NCBI GenBank assembly: GCA_965226585.1
Contig: OZ245366.1
Span: 1,120,001 to 1,184,000 of the forward strand
Direction of reading: 5' to 3'
Length of the DNA stretch: 64,000 nt
Source of the DNA: Thermodesulfobacteriota bacterium
GTDB lineage: Bacteria > Desulfobacterota_D > UBA1144 > Nemesobacterales > Mycalebacteriaceae
Positions 54,857 to 64,000 of this stretch are shown here, piece after piece (the stretch's first letter is position 1; each line of letters starts with the position of its first letter). The notes under the pieces are model-generated. The model saw only the letters and a program-made list of their open reading frames with translations, was not told the DNA's origin and did no database searches. Both the position numbers and the translations under genes were made by a program.

Positions 54857-56572
54857 TCACGCGACATCAACCGGGTCAAATATCATCTGATTCATCGCCT
54901 CTCCGGGCTCTATCATCGGATAGACCATCTCTTCGGGGTCAACTTTGATTTCCATAAGAACAACCCCTTTTGTCTCAAGCCCCTTTTTCAGAACGCCCTC
55001 AAGATCTTCGGGTCTTTCGGCTTTGAAGCCGGTCGCGCCGAAGGATTCCGCAAGTTTAACAAAATCGGGAAGAACTTTGAACTTTGAACATGAGTAGTTT
55101 CCGCCAAAGAACATTGTCTGCCACTGCCTCACCATTCCGTGATGCTCGTTGTTGAAAACGATGATTTTGAGGTCAAGGTTGTATTCAACGGCAACGGCGA
55201 GTTCCTGCATATTCATCTGAAAACTGCCGTCTCCCGAAACGCAGATAACAAGGTCGTCCGGCTTGGCGAACTTCGCCCCCATCGCGGCGGGAAAACCAAA
55301 GCCCATTGTTCCGAGACCGCCCGAAGTGATGTGACTGCGGGGGCGGTTGAACTTGTAGAACTGCGCCACCCACATCTGGTGCTGACCAACGTCTGAAACA
55401 ACTGTCGCTTCTCCCTTAGTCATTTTGTGAAGCATATCTATCGTGTAGGTTGTCTGGATTTTGTTCTCATCCTCCCTGTATTTGAGAGGGTGCTCTTTGT
55501 CCCACTTGGCTATCTGCTCTCTCCACGCATCCCGCCCGGAAAGGTCAATGTCTGCCGGAAGCATATCCATTATCTGATCCAGAACCTGCTTGGCGTCTCC
55601 AACTATGGGGCAGTCAACGTGGATGTTTTTATCTATCGTTGACGGGTCTATGTCTATGTGGATTATGTTCGCGTTCGGGGCGAACTTGTCGAAGTTTCCT
55701 CCGGTCGCCCTGTCGTCAAACCGCGCTCCGATGGAAACAACAAGGTCGGACTCGTGAACCGCGAGGTTGGCGGCGTATGAGCCGTGCATCCCCAGCATAT
55801 CAACAAACAGCGGGTCGTTCGCGGGAAATCCGCCAAGCCCCATAAGGGTTGAAGTAACGGGTATGCGGAGACGGTGCGCGAACTTCTTGAGATGTTCGGT
55901 CGCGTTTGAGAGTATGACCCCTCCGCCCGAAAAGATTATCGGTTTCTTCGCCTTTTCTATGAGGGAAACCGCTCTTTTTATCTGAGCGGTGTTGCCCTTC
56001 ATTTTCGGTTTGTAGCCCCTGATGTTCAAGTCATCGTTGATAACAAACTCGTCTTCGCCGATAAGAACATCTTTGGGCATATCAACCAGAACCGGGCTGG
56101 GTCTTCCCGTTGAAGCGATGTGAATCGCCTCTCTGATTGCCATCGGCAGGTCTTTTGTTTTGCGCACAAGACTGTTGTGCTTTGTGCACGGTCTTGTTAT
56201 GCCGATGTGGTCGGCTTCCTGAAAAGCGTCACTGCCGAGATACTGTGTGGGAACCTGTCCGGTGAAAATAACAACCGGCGCGGAATCCATTTGCGCGGTG
56301 GCTATTCCCGTTACGGTGTTTGTTGCGGCGGGACCGGAAGTGCAGAGCACGATTCCGGGTTTGCCCGAAGCCCGCGCATAGCCGTCCGCCATATGGGTCG
56401 CCCCCTGTTCATGGCGCGCCATAACGTGGAGGAATTTCCCCTCCTCTTCGTAATCGGTCATAACGTCATAGACTTTGAGGACATAGCCTCCGGGCAGACC
56501 GAAAACAACTTCAACTCCCTCATGTATAAGGGTCTCGAAAAACATCTGCGCCCCGAGCATTTTTTTGGACAT
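54857..56572 (-). CDS. ilvB: acetolactate synthase large subunit
   Basis: RHEQGA, TSGP, RFDDR, VGQHQMW, GDGSFQM, MVRQWQ. Confidence 0.97.
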   Translation of the reverse strand: MSKKMLGAQMFFETLIHEGVEVVFGLPGGYVLKVYDVMTDYEEEGKFLHVMARHEQGATHMADGYARASGKPGIVLCTSGPAATNTVTGIATAQMDSAPVVIFTGQVPTQYLGSDAFQEADHIGITRPCTKHNSLVRKTKDLPMAIREAIHIASTGRPSPVLVDMPKDVLIGEDEFVINDDLNIRGYKPKMKGNTAQIKRAVSLIEKAKKPIIFSGGGVILSNATEHLKKFAHRLRIPVTSTLMGLGGFPANDPLFVDMLGMHGSYAANLAVHESDLVVSIGARFDDRATGGNFDKFAPNANIIHIDIDPSTIDKNIHVDCPIVGDAKQVLDQIMDMLPADIDLSGRDAWREQIAKWDKEHPLKYREDENKIQTTYTIDMLHKMTKGEATVVSDVGQHQMWVAQFYKFNRPRSHITSGGLGTMGFGFPAAMGAKFAKPDDLVICVSGDGSFQMNMQELAVAVEYNLDLKIIVFNNEHHGMVRQWQTMFFGGNYSCSKFKVLPDFVKLAESFGATGFKAERPEDLEGVLKKGLETKGVVLMEIKVDPEEMVYPMIEPGEAMNQMIFDPVDVA

Positions 56573-56674
56573 CGGAACACCTCCTGTGAAGACTCGGCTC
56601 CGAAACAACCGCGATGCTTTCGCCGCGTTCCGGCAGAACCGAAATTTGCTCCCGTTTGCTACGGAAGCGAAAGG

Positions 56675-56702
56675 ATTATATGCGTAAGAGAGAATTTTTC
56701 AA
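56675..56702 (-). promoter_or_regulatory. ilvB promoter
   Basis: TTGAAA-16nt-TATAAT on the minus strand about 100 nt upstream of the ATG. Confidence 0.55.
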
Positions 56703-56714
56703 GCGGAATTCCGG

Positions 56715-58655
56715 TCAAACGGCGAGAGACACCGCCACGAGGATGACAATCGCCGCCGCCATTGCCGCCGTGTACGCCCTTACAAAACCGGTTTGGAGAA
56801 TACTCAGAAAACCCGCAAAACCTTTTGCGATACGCGCAAGCCCGTTCACCGCGCCGTCAACAACGAGGAGGTCAAACCGCGCGAGAGCGTCTGAAAAATG
56901 GCGGAACGGGGCGACAAAAACAGAGCCGTAAAACTCATCCAGTTGAACACGGGAAAGGGAAAAACTCTTGAGCGAGGAAACCGGGGAGAACTTGAGCAGA
57001 AAACCGCAGATGCGGCTGTTTGTGCAAATAATAAGGGCGGAAACTATGCCCGTTGCCGCCGCGCCGGTTGAAACAACGGCAAGCGTCTCATGGCTGAGAC
57101 CGGAAGACGAATAGCCGTAATCGGGAACCATCGCGGCAAGCGGCTCAAGAAAGTGCGAAAGCATCTCCGTTTTAACCGGTATGAACTCCCCGATAAAATG
57201 CGGAACCGAAAGAAAGCCGCCGCCCGCTGAAAGCGCGGCAAGCAGTATCAGGGGGAAAGTCATCACAAACGGGGATTCGTGAATTTTGGAAGCGGCGGGA
57301 GCGGGTGTGTTGTTTTTCCCCTCAAAAATGCGGACGTAAAGCCGCGTCATGTAGAAACCCGTAAGCAGAGCGGCAAAAACCGCCGCGCCCCAGTGAATAA
57401 AAAATCCCGCGTCATAAAGAGAGGCGAGAATGGAATCCTTGCTGAAAAATCCCGCAAAAAGAGGCACGCCGGAAATCGCCAGAGTTCCGATGAGAAAGGT
57501 GAAAGCGGTAAGCGGTATCTTCTTTCTGAGACCGCCCATATCGCCCATATCCTGCAAACCGCCCAGAGAGTGAATCACGCTTCCCGCGCCGAGAAAAAGA
57601 AGCGCCTTGAAAAACGCGTGAGTTACCAGATGAAAAATCGCGACCGCAAACGCCCCCGCCCCCGCCGCCATAAACATAAATCCCAACTGGCTGACGGTTG
57701 AATACGCGAGAACCTTTTTTATGTCTGTTTGAGACAGCGCGATAAAAGCCGCTATCAGCGCGGTGGCAACGGCAACCGTAAGGACAACAAACTGCGCGTC
57801 CGGCGAGGCGGAAAACATAACCGCGCCGCGAGCAAGCATATAAATTCCGGCGGTTACCATAGTGGCGGCGTGTATAAGCGCGCTAACGGGCGTGGGTCCC
57901 GCCATTGCGTCGGGAAGCCACACGTAGAGCGGAAACTGAGCCGATTTGCCCGCCGCGCCGAAAAACAGGAGAAGGCATATCGCCGTCAACACCGCCGTGT
58001 CTGCCTGACCGACTGATGAGAAAACTTCAGAGAACTCAAGAGTGCCAAATGTAACAAACACGAGGAAAATGCCGAGAAGAAAACCGAAATCCCCTATCCT
58101 GTTCACAACAAACGCCTTCCTTCCCGCGTCCGCATTTTCCGTTTTGTTGAACCAGAAACCGATAAGCAGATAAGACACAAAACCAACCCCTTCCCATCCC
58201 GCGAACAGAACCGCGAAACCGGACGCGAGCACAAGCACGAGCATAAAAAACACGAACAATCCAAGCAGGGTGAAGTATCTCGCGGCGGAACGGTCTCCGT
58301 GTATGTAGCCGATTGAATAGAGGTGGATAAGGAAGCCAACCCAGGTGATAACAAGAGACATAACGGCGGAAAGGCGGTCAAAAACAAAACTGAAACTTAC
58401 CGACAGATCGCCCGATGAAAACCAGTTGAACATCTCAAACCGTGTCGCTTCGGCGCCCGTGAAAATGCCGTAAGTGAGAAACCCAGCCGCGGCGGCGGAC
58501 ACAAGAACCGCAAGGGCGGCGACCGCTCCCGAAGCCCTCTCCTCAAAAGCGGGGGAAACACCGAACACCCGCCGGGCGAGGCCGCTTGAGAGAAAAGCCC
58601 CGTTCACAAACGCGCCCGCAAGCGGGGCAAAAAGCAGTAAGGCAAAGACAGTCAT
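56715..58655 (-). CDS. nuoL: NADH-quinone oxidoreductase subunit L
   Basis: GWEGVG, NRIGD, GKSAQFPLYVWLPDAMAGPTPVSALIHAATM, THAFFKALLF. Confidence 0.97.
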   Translation of the reverse strand: MTVFALLLFAPLAGAFVNGAFLSSGLARRVFGVSPAFEERASGAVAALAVLVSAAAAGFLTYGIFTGAEATRFEMFNWFSSGDLSVSFSFVFDRLSAVMSLVITWVGFLIHLYSIGYIHGDRSAARYFTLLGLFVFFMLVLVLASGFAVLFAGWEGVGFVSYLLIGFWFNKTENADAGRKAFVVNRIGDFGFLLGIFLVFVTFGTLEFSEVFSSVGQADTAVLTAICLLLFFGAAGKSAQFPLYVWLPDAMAGPTPVSALIHAATMVTAGIYMLARGAVMFSASPDAQFVVLTVAVATALIAAFIALSQTDIKKVLAYSTVSQLGFMFMAAGAGAFAVAIFHLVTHAFFKALLFLGAGSVIHSLGGLQDMGDMGGLRKKIPLTAFTFLIGTLAISGVPLFAGFFSKDSILASLYDAGFFIHWGAAVFAALLTGFYMTRLYVRIFEGKNNTPAPAASKIHESPFVMTFPLILLAALSAGGGFLSVPHFIGEFIPVKTEMLSHFLEPLAAMVPDYGYSSSGLSHETLAVVSTGAAATGIVSALIICTNSRICGFLLKFSPVSSLKSFSLSRVQLDEFYGSVFVAPFRHFSDALARFDLLVVDGAVNGLARIAKGFAGFLSILQTGFVRAYTAAMAAAIVILVAVSLAV

Positions 58656-58955
58656 TTATCCGCGAAAGTTCCTTATAAGGTCTATGTTCAAACTTTTCAG
58701 CCCGGAATGGAGAACAACCACAAGGGCGAGCCCAAGGGCGACTTCAGACGCCGCGACCGTTATGGAAACAAGCACCAGAATATTTCCCGCGCCGTCTTCA
58801 AGAAGCCGCGAAAAGGTTACAAGGCACAGGTTTGCGGCGTTAAGCATAATCTCAACCGACATCAGCACAACAAGTATGTTTTTGCGCGTAAAGACACCGA
58901 AAGCGCCGATAACAAAAAGCGCGAAAGAGAGCGCGATGTATCCGTCCGGGGTCAA
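58656..58955 (-). CDS. nuoK: NADH-quinone oxidoreductase subunit K
   Basis: SVEIMLNAANL, AASEVALGLA. Confidence 0.95.
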   Translation of the reverse strand: MTPDGYIALSFALFVIGAFGVFTRKNILVVLMSVEIMLNAANLCLVTFSRLLEDGAGNILVLVSITVAASEVALGLALVVVLHSGLKSLNIDLIRNFRG

Positions 58956-59449
58956 CGAAGCCCCCTTGAAACGGCAACTGTTCCAATAATCGCCGCCACT
59001 ATGAGAAGCGAAGTTACTTCAAACGCCAGCAGGTATTCGGTGAGAAGCAAACGCGCCACGCCCGCCGCGCCGCCGTCAAACTGCCCTCCCCCGCCTTCCG
59101 CCGCGAAGGGAACTATCTGTTTTCCGAAATACGCCGCCGCCCCGGCGGCGGGGATAAGAAAGGTCAGTTTTTTCGCCGCGCCTGAGGAGCCGAATTCCTC
59201 CCCGCTTTTGCGCGCATTGAGAAACACGATTGTGAAAAGAAAAAGCACAACTATCGCCCCCGCGTAGACCAGAACCTGAACCGCCGCCAGAAAGTGGGCG
59301 TCAAGAATTCCGAACAGAACGGCGGATGAAATTATTGTCGCGACAAGAGCTATCGCGCTGAACGCGGTATTTTGAAGTAGAACAACGGCTATCGCCGAGA
59401 CAACGGCTGCCGCTGAAAAAATGTAAAAGAAAAGCGACTCGGCGGGCAT
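58952..59449 (-). CDS. nuoJ: NADH-quinone oxidoreductase subunit J
   Basis: QVLVYAGAIVVLFLF, FEVTSLL. Confidence 0.95.
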   Translation of the reverse strand: MPAESLFFYIFSAAAVVSAIAVVLLQNTAFSAIALVATIISSAVLFGILDAHFLAAVQVLVYAGAIVVLFLFTIVFLNARKSGEEFGSSGAAKKLTFLIPAAGAAAYFGKQIVPFAAEGGGGQFDGGAAGVARLLLTEYLLAFEVTSLLIVAAIIGTVAVSRGLR

Positions 59450-59553
59450 TTGGTTGAAACTTTACAGAAACCAGGCTTATAAATCAAAGCGGGCGCGCGC
59501 TTGTTTGACTTCGCCGATGTGTGTTATCATACACCGACAGGGGGAGAATTAAG

Positions 59554-59796
59554 ATGACCTCATTAAACGTAGCCGAAGCCCGCAAAATGCTGGCAAAGTT
59601 GATGGACAAAACCACAGAGACGCATGAGCCGATTCTTATCACAGGAAAGCAGTCAAACGCGGTTCTTGTCTCGGAAAGCGACTGGAACGCGATAGAGGAA
59701 ACCCTTCATCTCCTTTCAATAGAGGGAATGAAGGAGTCAATCACAAAGGGAATGAAAGAGCCGGCAGGCAAGTATTCAAAGGAACTTGACTGGTGA
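59554..59796 (+). CDS. yefM: YefM/Phd antitoxin
   Basis: EAR...HEPILIT...NAVLVSESDWNAIEETLHLL. Confidence 0.92.
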   Translation: MTSLNVAEARKMLAKLMDKTTETHEPILITGKQSNAVLVSESDWNAIEETLHLLSIEGMKESITKGMKEPAGKYSKELDW

Positions 59797-60053
59797 GTTG
59801 GCAGGTAGTCTATGCAAAACAGGCGCAAAAAGACGCGAAGAAACTCTCGCAAGCCGGACTTAAAAGCAACGCCGAAAAACTGCTAAAACTTCTTGAGAAA
59901 AACCCCTTTCAAAACCCGCCCCCTTACGAAAAACTCGTCGGAGACCTTTCGGGAGCGTATTCGCGAAGAATAAACATCCAGCACAGACTTGTTTATCAGA
60001 TTTTGGAAAAGGAAAAAATTGTCAAAGTTCTGCGTTTGTGGACGCATTACTGA
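59793..60053 (+). CDS. yoeB: YoeB/Txe toxin
   Basis: PPYEKLVGDLSGAYSRRINIQHRLVY...WTHY. Confidence 0.93.
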   Translation: MSWQVVYAKQAQKDAKKLSQAGLKSNAEKLLKLLEKNPFQNPPPYEKLVGDLSGAYSRRINIQHRLVYQILEKEKIVKVLRLWTHY

Positions 60054-60724
60054 CTGTTCACACCAACCCTCATACATAACTTTCTCACCGGACACTCTCC
60101 GCACTTGGGCGAGACGGGTTTGCACACCGTCTGCCCGAACGCCACAAGCAAGCCGTTGTATTCAATCCAATACTTGCGGGGCAGTTTTTCGCGCAGGGCG
60201 CACTCGGTTTTGTCGGGCGTTTTTGTGGAAACATACCCAAGACGGTTTGAGATTCTGTGGACGTGTATGTCAACGCAAATCCCCGGCTTTCCGTAGCCGA
60301 GAGTTACAACAAGATTGGCGGTTTTCCTTCCCACACCCCGAAACTCTGTCAACTCGTCTATCGTGTCCGGCACTTTGCCGCCGCAATCAGATTCAAGACG
60401 CGCGCAAAGTTCAATGATGTTTGCCGCCTTTGTTTTGTAAAAACCAACCGGATAGATGAGGGCACGCAACCTTTTCTCTCCAAGGGCGATGATGCCGCGC
60501 GGGGTTTTTGCCTCGGCAAACAGCCTTGCCGAAGCGGCGGCGGTGGTTTCATCTCTTGTTCGCAAACTGAGAACCGTTGACACAAGTATTCTGAAAGGGT
60601 CTCCGCCGTGGACGGAATTAAGACTCATAACCGGCGGCTTCCAGGCGCGAGACTCTTTTCTGAGAATGGAGACAACCTTTGATATGTCAGAATCTTTGAA
60701 CACGCGCTTTGATGACTGCCGCAT
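60047..60724 (-). CDS. nth: endonuclease III
   Basis: GVGRKTA HhH motif, VDIHV, CKPVSPKCGECPVRKLC Fe-S motif. Confidence 0.95.
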   Translation of the reverse strand: MRQSSKRVFKDSDISKVVSILRKESRAWKPPVMSLNSVHGGDPFRILVSTVLSLRTRDETTAAASARLFAEAKTPRGIIALGEKRLRALIYPVGFYKTKAANIIELCARLESDCGGKVPDTIDELTEFRGVGRKTANLVVTLGYGKPGICVDIHVHRISNRLGYVSTKTPDKTECALREKLPRKYWIEYNGLLVAFGQTVCKPVSPKCGECPVRKLCMRVGVNSQ

Positions 60725-60753
60725 TTGAAAACTACCGGAGCGGCGCGGGAAAC

Positions 60754-61797
60754 TTACGCTCTGAAAATCTCGCGTGTAACAATCTTTGTAACCCACTTTT
60801 CCAGTTTCTCCCGCGACATCCTTCCGCCCAGCATTTCTCTTACGCCCCTGACCGGAAGAACAACCTTCGCCGCAGACCTGTGTCCGCCTCCTCCGCCCTG
60901 TTTCAAACGCTCGTGCAGAACCCGTCCGCTTCCGCCGTCTGACGCGAATATATGGAATATATCCCGCGCCACTTTGCCCGCGCTTTTCACATATCCCACG
61001 TTTCGCAAAGACATAACAAAATGAGAATCGCGGAGTATGCCGAACGAAACCACCCATTCAGAGTCTTTCGCCTGCATACAGAAATCCGCCATTTTGGGAA
61101 TCATATATTCCCTTTCCACCTTGCCGAGGTTGACGAAAATAACCTTGCGCTTTACCCAGTGGCGGGCGAGAGAGTTGCCGAAAATTGTCAGTTCCTCAGA
61201 CGGCATTTCCGCCTTTTCAATCTTTTTGAGCAGTCCGAGATTCGCCTTTTTATACAGAAAAGTGAACGCCTCAACATCTTCGTCATCGGCGTCTCGGGCA
61301 AGGGAAAAGGTGTCTGTCTTTATGCCGTAGAGAAGCGCGGTCGCGAGCCGTTCTGAAATCTCAACATCAGAAGCCCTCAACAGAGCGGTCATGATTGTTG
61401 AAGTCGCGCCCTCTGAAACGCTTATCTTTGAAAAAACCGCTTCATAACTTCCCACTTCGGGATGGTGGTCTATAACGGAGTCAACCTTTGTTAAAGCCCC
61501 TCTGAAAAACGGCGGCTGAACATCAACCATCGCCACGGAGTCAAACTCTGAAACGCGGTCAACCGTAAGCGGGGTAATGTCTATCTCAAGCAGTTCCATC
61601 ATCGCAACATTTTCGGGGCGCGAAACGGTTGCGCCGAAATGCCCTATGGTGGCGGTCTGTTTGTTTCTTCCGAGCACCGCTCTGAGGGCAAGCGCGCTCG
61701 CCATCGCGTCCGGGTCGGGGTGGTCGTGAAGAAGGATAAGAATTCTGTCTTTGCCTTCGTGCGCCTTTCTCAGTTTCTTCACAAGAGATTTGCTCAA
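60754..61797 (-). CDS. DHH/DHHA1 phosphoesterase
   Basis: HDHPDPDA, IDHH, TDT, GGGH. Confidence 0.9.
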   Translation of the reverse strand: MSKSLVKKLRKAHEGKDRILILLHDHPDPDAMASALALRAVLGRNKQTATIGHFGATVSRPENVAMMELLEIDITPLTVDRVSEFDSVAMVDVQPPFFRGALTKVDSVIDHHPEVGSYEAVFSKISVSEGATSTIMTALLRASDVEISERLATALLYGIKTDTFSLARDADDEDVEAFTFLYKKANLGLLKKIEKAEMPSEELTIFGNSLARHWVKRKVIFVNLGKVEREYMIPKMADFCMQAKDSEWVVSFGILRDSHFVMSLRNVGYVKSAGKVARDIFHIFASDGGSGRVLHERLKQGGGGGHRSAAKVVLPVRGVREMLGGRMSREKLEKWVTKIVTREIFRA

Positions 61798-62612
61798 TTC
61801 GCGCCTCCCCTTTCACACGCCCCGGAAAGAGAGGAGACAAACTGCCCGATTTTTTCGGGAGCGGATGAGGGGTTTTCCTCAACAATTTTCATTATCGCGC
61901 TTCCCACTATCACGGCGTCTGCGAAAGACGCCACTTTGCCCGCCTGCGCGGGAGTTGAAATTCCGAAACCCACTCCCACCGGAAGCCCGGTGCTTTCCCT
62001 GATTTTACCGACAAGCGGTGAAAGCGAATCGCCTCCCGCATAATCCATATCGGGGCGCGCTCCCGTAACTCCGGTGATTGACACAAGGTAGATAAACCCT
62101 CCGGCAACATCGCGCACGGCGGCTATTCTGTCGTCATTTGTGTTGGGGGAAAGAAGAAACACCTGATCCATTCCGTTCTCTTTCAGGCGGCTTGAGAACT
62201 CCGCCGCCTCTTCGGGCGGAAGGTCAACCGCGAGTATGCCGTCTGCTCCGGCGGCTTTGGAATCAGAGGCAAGCCGCTTTGAGCCGTAGGTGAGAAATGG
62301 GTTTGAGTATCCGAAAAGAAGGATTGGAATGTCTGAGTTTTCCCTGATGTTCCGCACGGTTTGCAAAACCTTTTCAAGGGTGGTTCCCGATTCAAGCGCC
62401 CTTTCGCAAGCCCTTTGTATAACGGGACCGTCCGCCATCGGGTCTGAAAACGGGATGCCGATTTCCAGTATGTCGGCTCCCGCCGCCGCAATCTCTGCGG
62501 CAATTTTCTCCGTCATCTCAAGAGACGGGTCTCCCGCCGTCAGGTAGCACACAAGCGCCGCCCTGTCGCGCTTTTTCAGTTCGGAGAACTTTTTTCCTAT
62601 CGCGCTGGTCAT
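61794..62612 (-). CDS. trpA: tryptophan synthase alpha chain
   Basis: GIPFSDPMADGPVIQ, GVTG, VGFGIS, IVGSA. Confidence 0.97.
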   Translation of the reverse strand: MTSAIGKKFSELKKRDRAALVCYLTAGDPSLEMTEKIAAEIAAAGADILEIGIPFSDPMADGPVIQRACERALESGTTLEKVLQTVRNIRENSDIPILLFGYSNPFLTYGSKRLASDSKAAGADGILAVDLPPEEAAEFSSRLKENGMDQVFLLSPNTNDDRIAAVRDVAGGFIYLVSITGVTGARPDMDYAGGDSLSPLVGKIRESTGLPVGVGFGISTPAQAGKVASFADAVIVGSAIMKIVEENPSSAPEKIGQFVSSLSGACERGGAN

Positions 62613-62715
62613 ATGTTTTAAGAAAAGAGCCGGAAATGGCAGTATCGCCCGCCTCCTCATGCGGACGGGTGGAGTATATCTGTAAAAGGGGATTGGTCAA
62701 TTAAAAAGCGGGGTG

Positions 62716-64000
62716 TTACCACTTCCTCACGCGTAACTCCTCATTGCCTGATGAAACCAGCACTTGATACCGCTCGTAGTTGTTAATCACAAACTCATCA
62801 CTCAGAGCCGATATAAGGGATTTATTGCCTCCCGGAGCAACAAGAATAATCTTCGGGGGATTCTCTTTGATTATCGCCAAAGCGTCATAATCGTAGTCGC
62901 GGAAAGTGTGGTAGGCATCAAGGCAATATCCCCGGTGCGTACAAAACCAGAAAAAATCCGCGTCTTTTCTGAAAAGATTTGCCGGGTATCCGATATAAGT
63001 GTCTTGAGGGGAAGAGTTGACGCGCACAAACTCAAGAACAGCCAGCCTTCCCGCCTTTTCTTTTCCAAGTTGCGCCGCCCCCGATATCAAAGAAGGAGCG
63101 GAAAGTATCACAAGAAACGCGAGACATATTTTTATTGTTAAATCACCGGAAATACGGCGCAGAGATGAAGCGGCAACTATCGCGGCGAACGGAGACGCGG
63201 CAAGCAGATATTGCGGAAACGGTGTTTTTACAAGAAAGATTGACAAAAGAAGCCCCGCCGCCGCAACTGCCGTGAGGTTGTGAAGGGCTCCGGCTCTCAA
63301 AAGACAGCCGCGAATAAGCAGGAATACAAAAATCAGCATACTCAACGCCAGAGAAGTACCGTGAAGGGACGACAGAGGAAAGAGCGAGGAAAGCGGGGAA
63401 AACTCTTTAATCAGTCTCATATTTATCAGCCAGTTAAAATCAATATAATTTCCCAAATCCCCGTTGATAAAAAGATGCCCGGCGTAAACCAAACACAGAC
63501 CGCAGAAAATCAGCCAGTATAAGACGAACTGTTTGAGCGGCATTTTTCCGTCATAGACAAAATACAGTTGCCCGATTCCAAAAATGGCGACAAGAAAGAC
63601 GGTTTTTTGAAGGGCAAAAAAGGAAAGAAAAAGACAAACCGCGCTTAAAATCAAATGTTTTCTTGTTCCGCCCGTCATAAAAACAGCAAAGAAATAGAAA
63701 GACGCAACATTAAAAAACACCTGAATAACATCCGGTCTAATCTCCGTTCCCTTGAGTATAAAATAAGGAAACGAGAGCAGAAGAATGACGGAAATTAAAG
63801 ATGTTGTTTTGTTACGATATATTCTGCCGGCAAGTAAAAATGTAACAAAAACAGTCGCCAGAAAAACCAGATAAACAAACAGTTCCGACAGGTGGAAAGC
63901 GAGAAGCGTTTCTCCGCCCATTTTTACAAAAGGAATAAGGGCATAGTAGGAAAGAGGATGATGGTGCTGAAAGAAATCCCTGTATATTGTTTCACCGGCG
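62716..64000 (-). CDS. ArnT/PMT-like GT-C membrane glycosyltransferase (start beyond window)
   Basis: Frame open to the window end with GETIYRDFFQHHHPL; EIRPD; many TM helices. Confidence 0.65.
   Translation of the reverse strand, partial: AGETIYRDFFQHHHPLSYYALIPFVKMGGETLLAFHLSELFVYLVFLATVFVTFLLAGRIYRNKTTSLISVILLLSFPYFILKGTEIRPDVIQVFFNVASFYFFAVFMTGGTRKHLILSAVCLFLSFFALQKTVFLVAIFGIGQLYFVYDGKMPLKQFVLYWLIFCGLCLVYAGHLFINGDLGNYIDFNWLINMRLIKEFSPLSSLFPLSSLHGTSLALSMLIFVFLLIRGCLLRAGALHNLTAVAAAGLLLSIFLVKTPFPQYLLAASPFAAIVAASSLRRISGDLTIKICLAFLVILSAPSLISGAAQLGKEKAGRLAVLEFVRVNSSPQDTYIGYPANLFRKDADFFWFCTHRGYCLDAYHTFRDYDYDALAIIKENPPKIILVAPGGNKSLISALSDEFVINNYERYQVLVSSGNEELRVRKW

Noticed and set aside
60725..61057. 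Long N-terminal extension of Nth
   Set aside because: It overlaps the DHH gene in another frame; recognisable Nth sequence starts after ATG 60724.

Overview
Bacterial chromosomal window of moderate GC, mostly housekeeping genes: partial proB, gyrA, rsmD-coaD-aspC, cysS, nnr-tsaE-lysC-cimA, katG, manC, tig-clpP-clpX, psd-pssA, ilvBNC, an isolated nuoJKL block, nth and trpA. It also holds 10 tRNA genes and a solitary 16S rRNA gene with no 23S in the window. Three accessory regions stand out. (1) About 11.8-19 kb, directly downstream of the 16S gene: ADP-ribosylglycohydrolase, an RHH/RelE/zeta-like locus with frame anomalies, a membrane-anchored protein with an RHS-tip-like HNH motif, a UDG-like protein, a HigBA-like pair, and a Fic-MerR + SIR2 cassette bracketed by a perfect 39-bp duplication of the 16S 3' processing-stem arm. 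(2) About 32.6-41 kb, next to tRNA-Ser: Mrr, a C5 DNA methyltransferase coupled to a GHKL ATPase with a C-terminal HEPN-like domain, an altered arsC, an AbiE pair and katG. (3) About 47.6-48.65 kb, next to tRNA-Leu: orphan hicB, a SLOG-like protein and a truncated gene remnant. Two copies of a cruciform GTCATTCC...GGAATGAC repeat are present. I saw no integrase, transposase or CRISPR array. The best candidates for undescribed systems are the MTase + GHKL-HEPN pair and the Fic-MerR + SIR2 cassette. All family calls come from recognising motifs by eye, with no database search. The gene content reminds me of Ca. Dadabacteria, but this is an unverified impression that should be tested with the 16S sequence.
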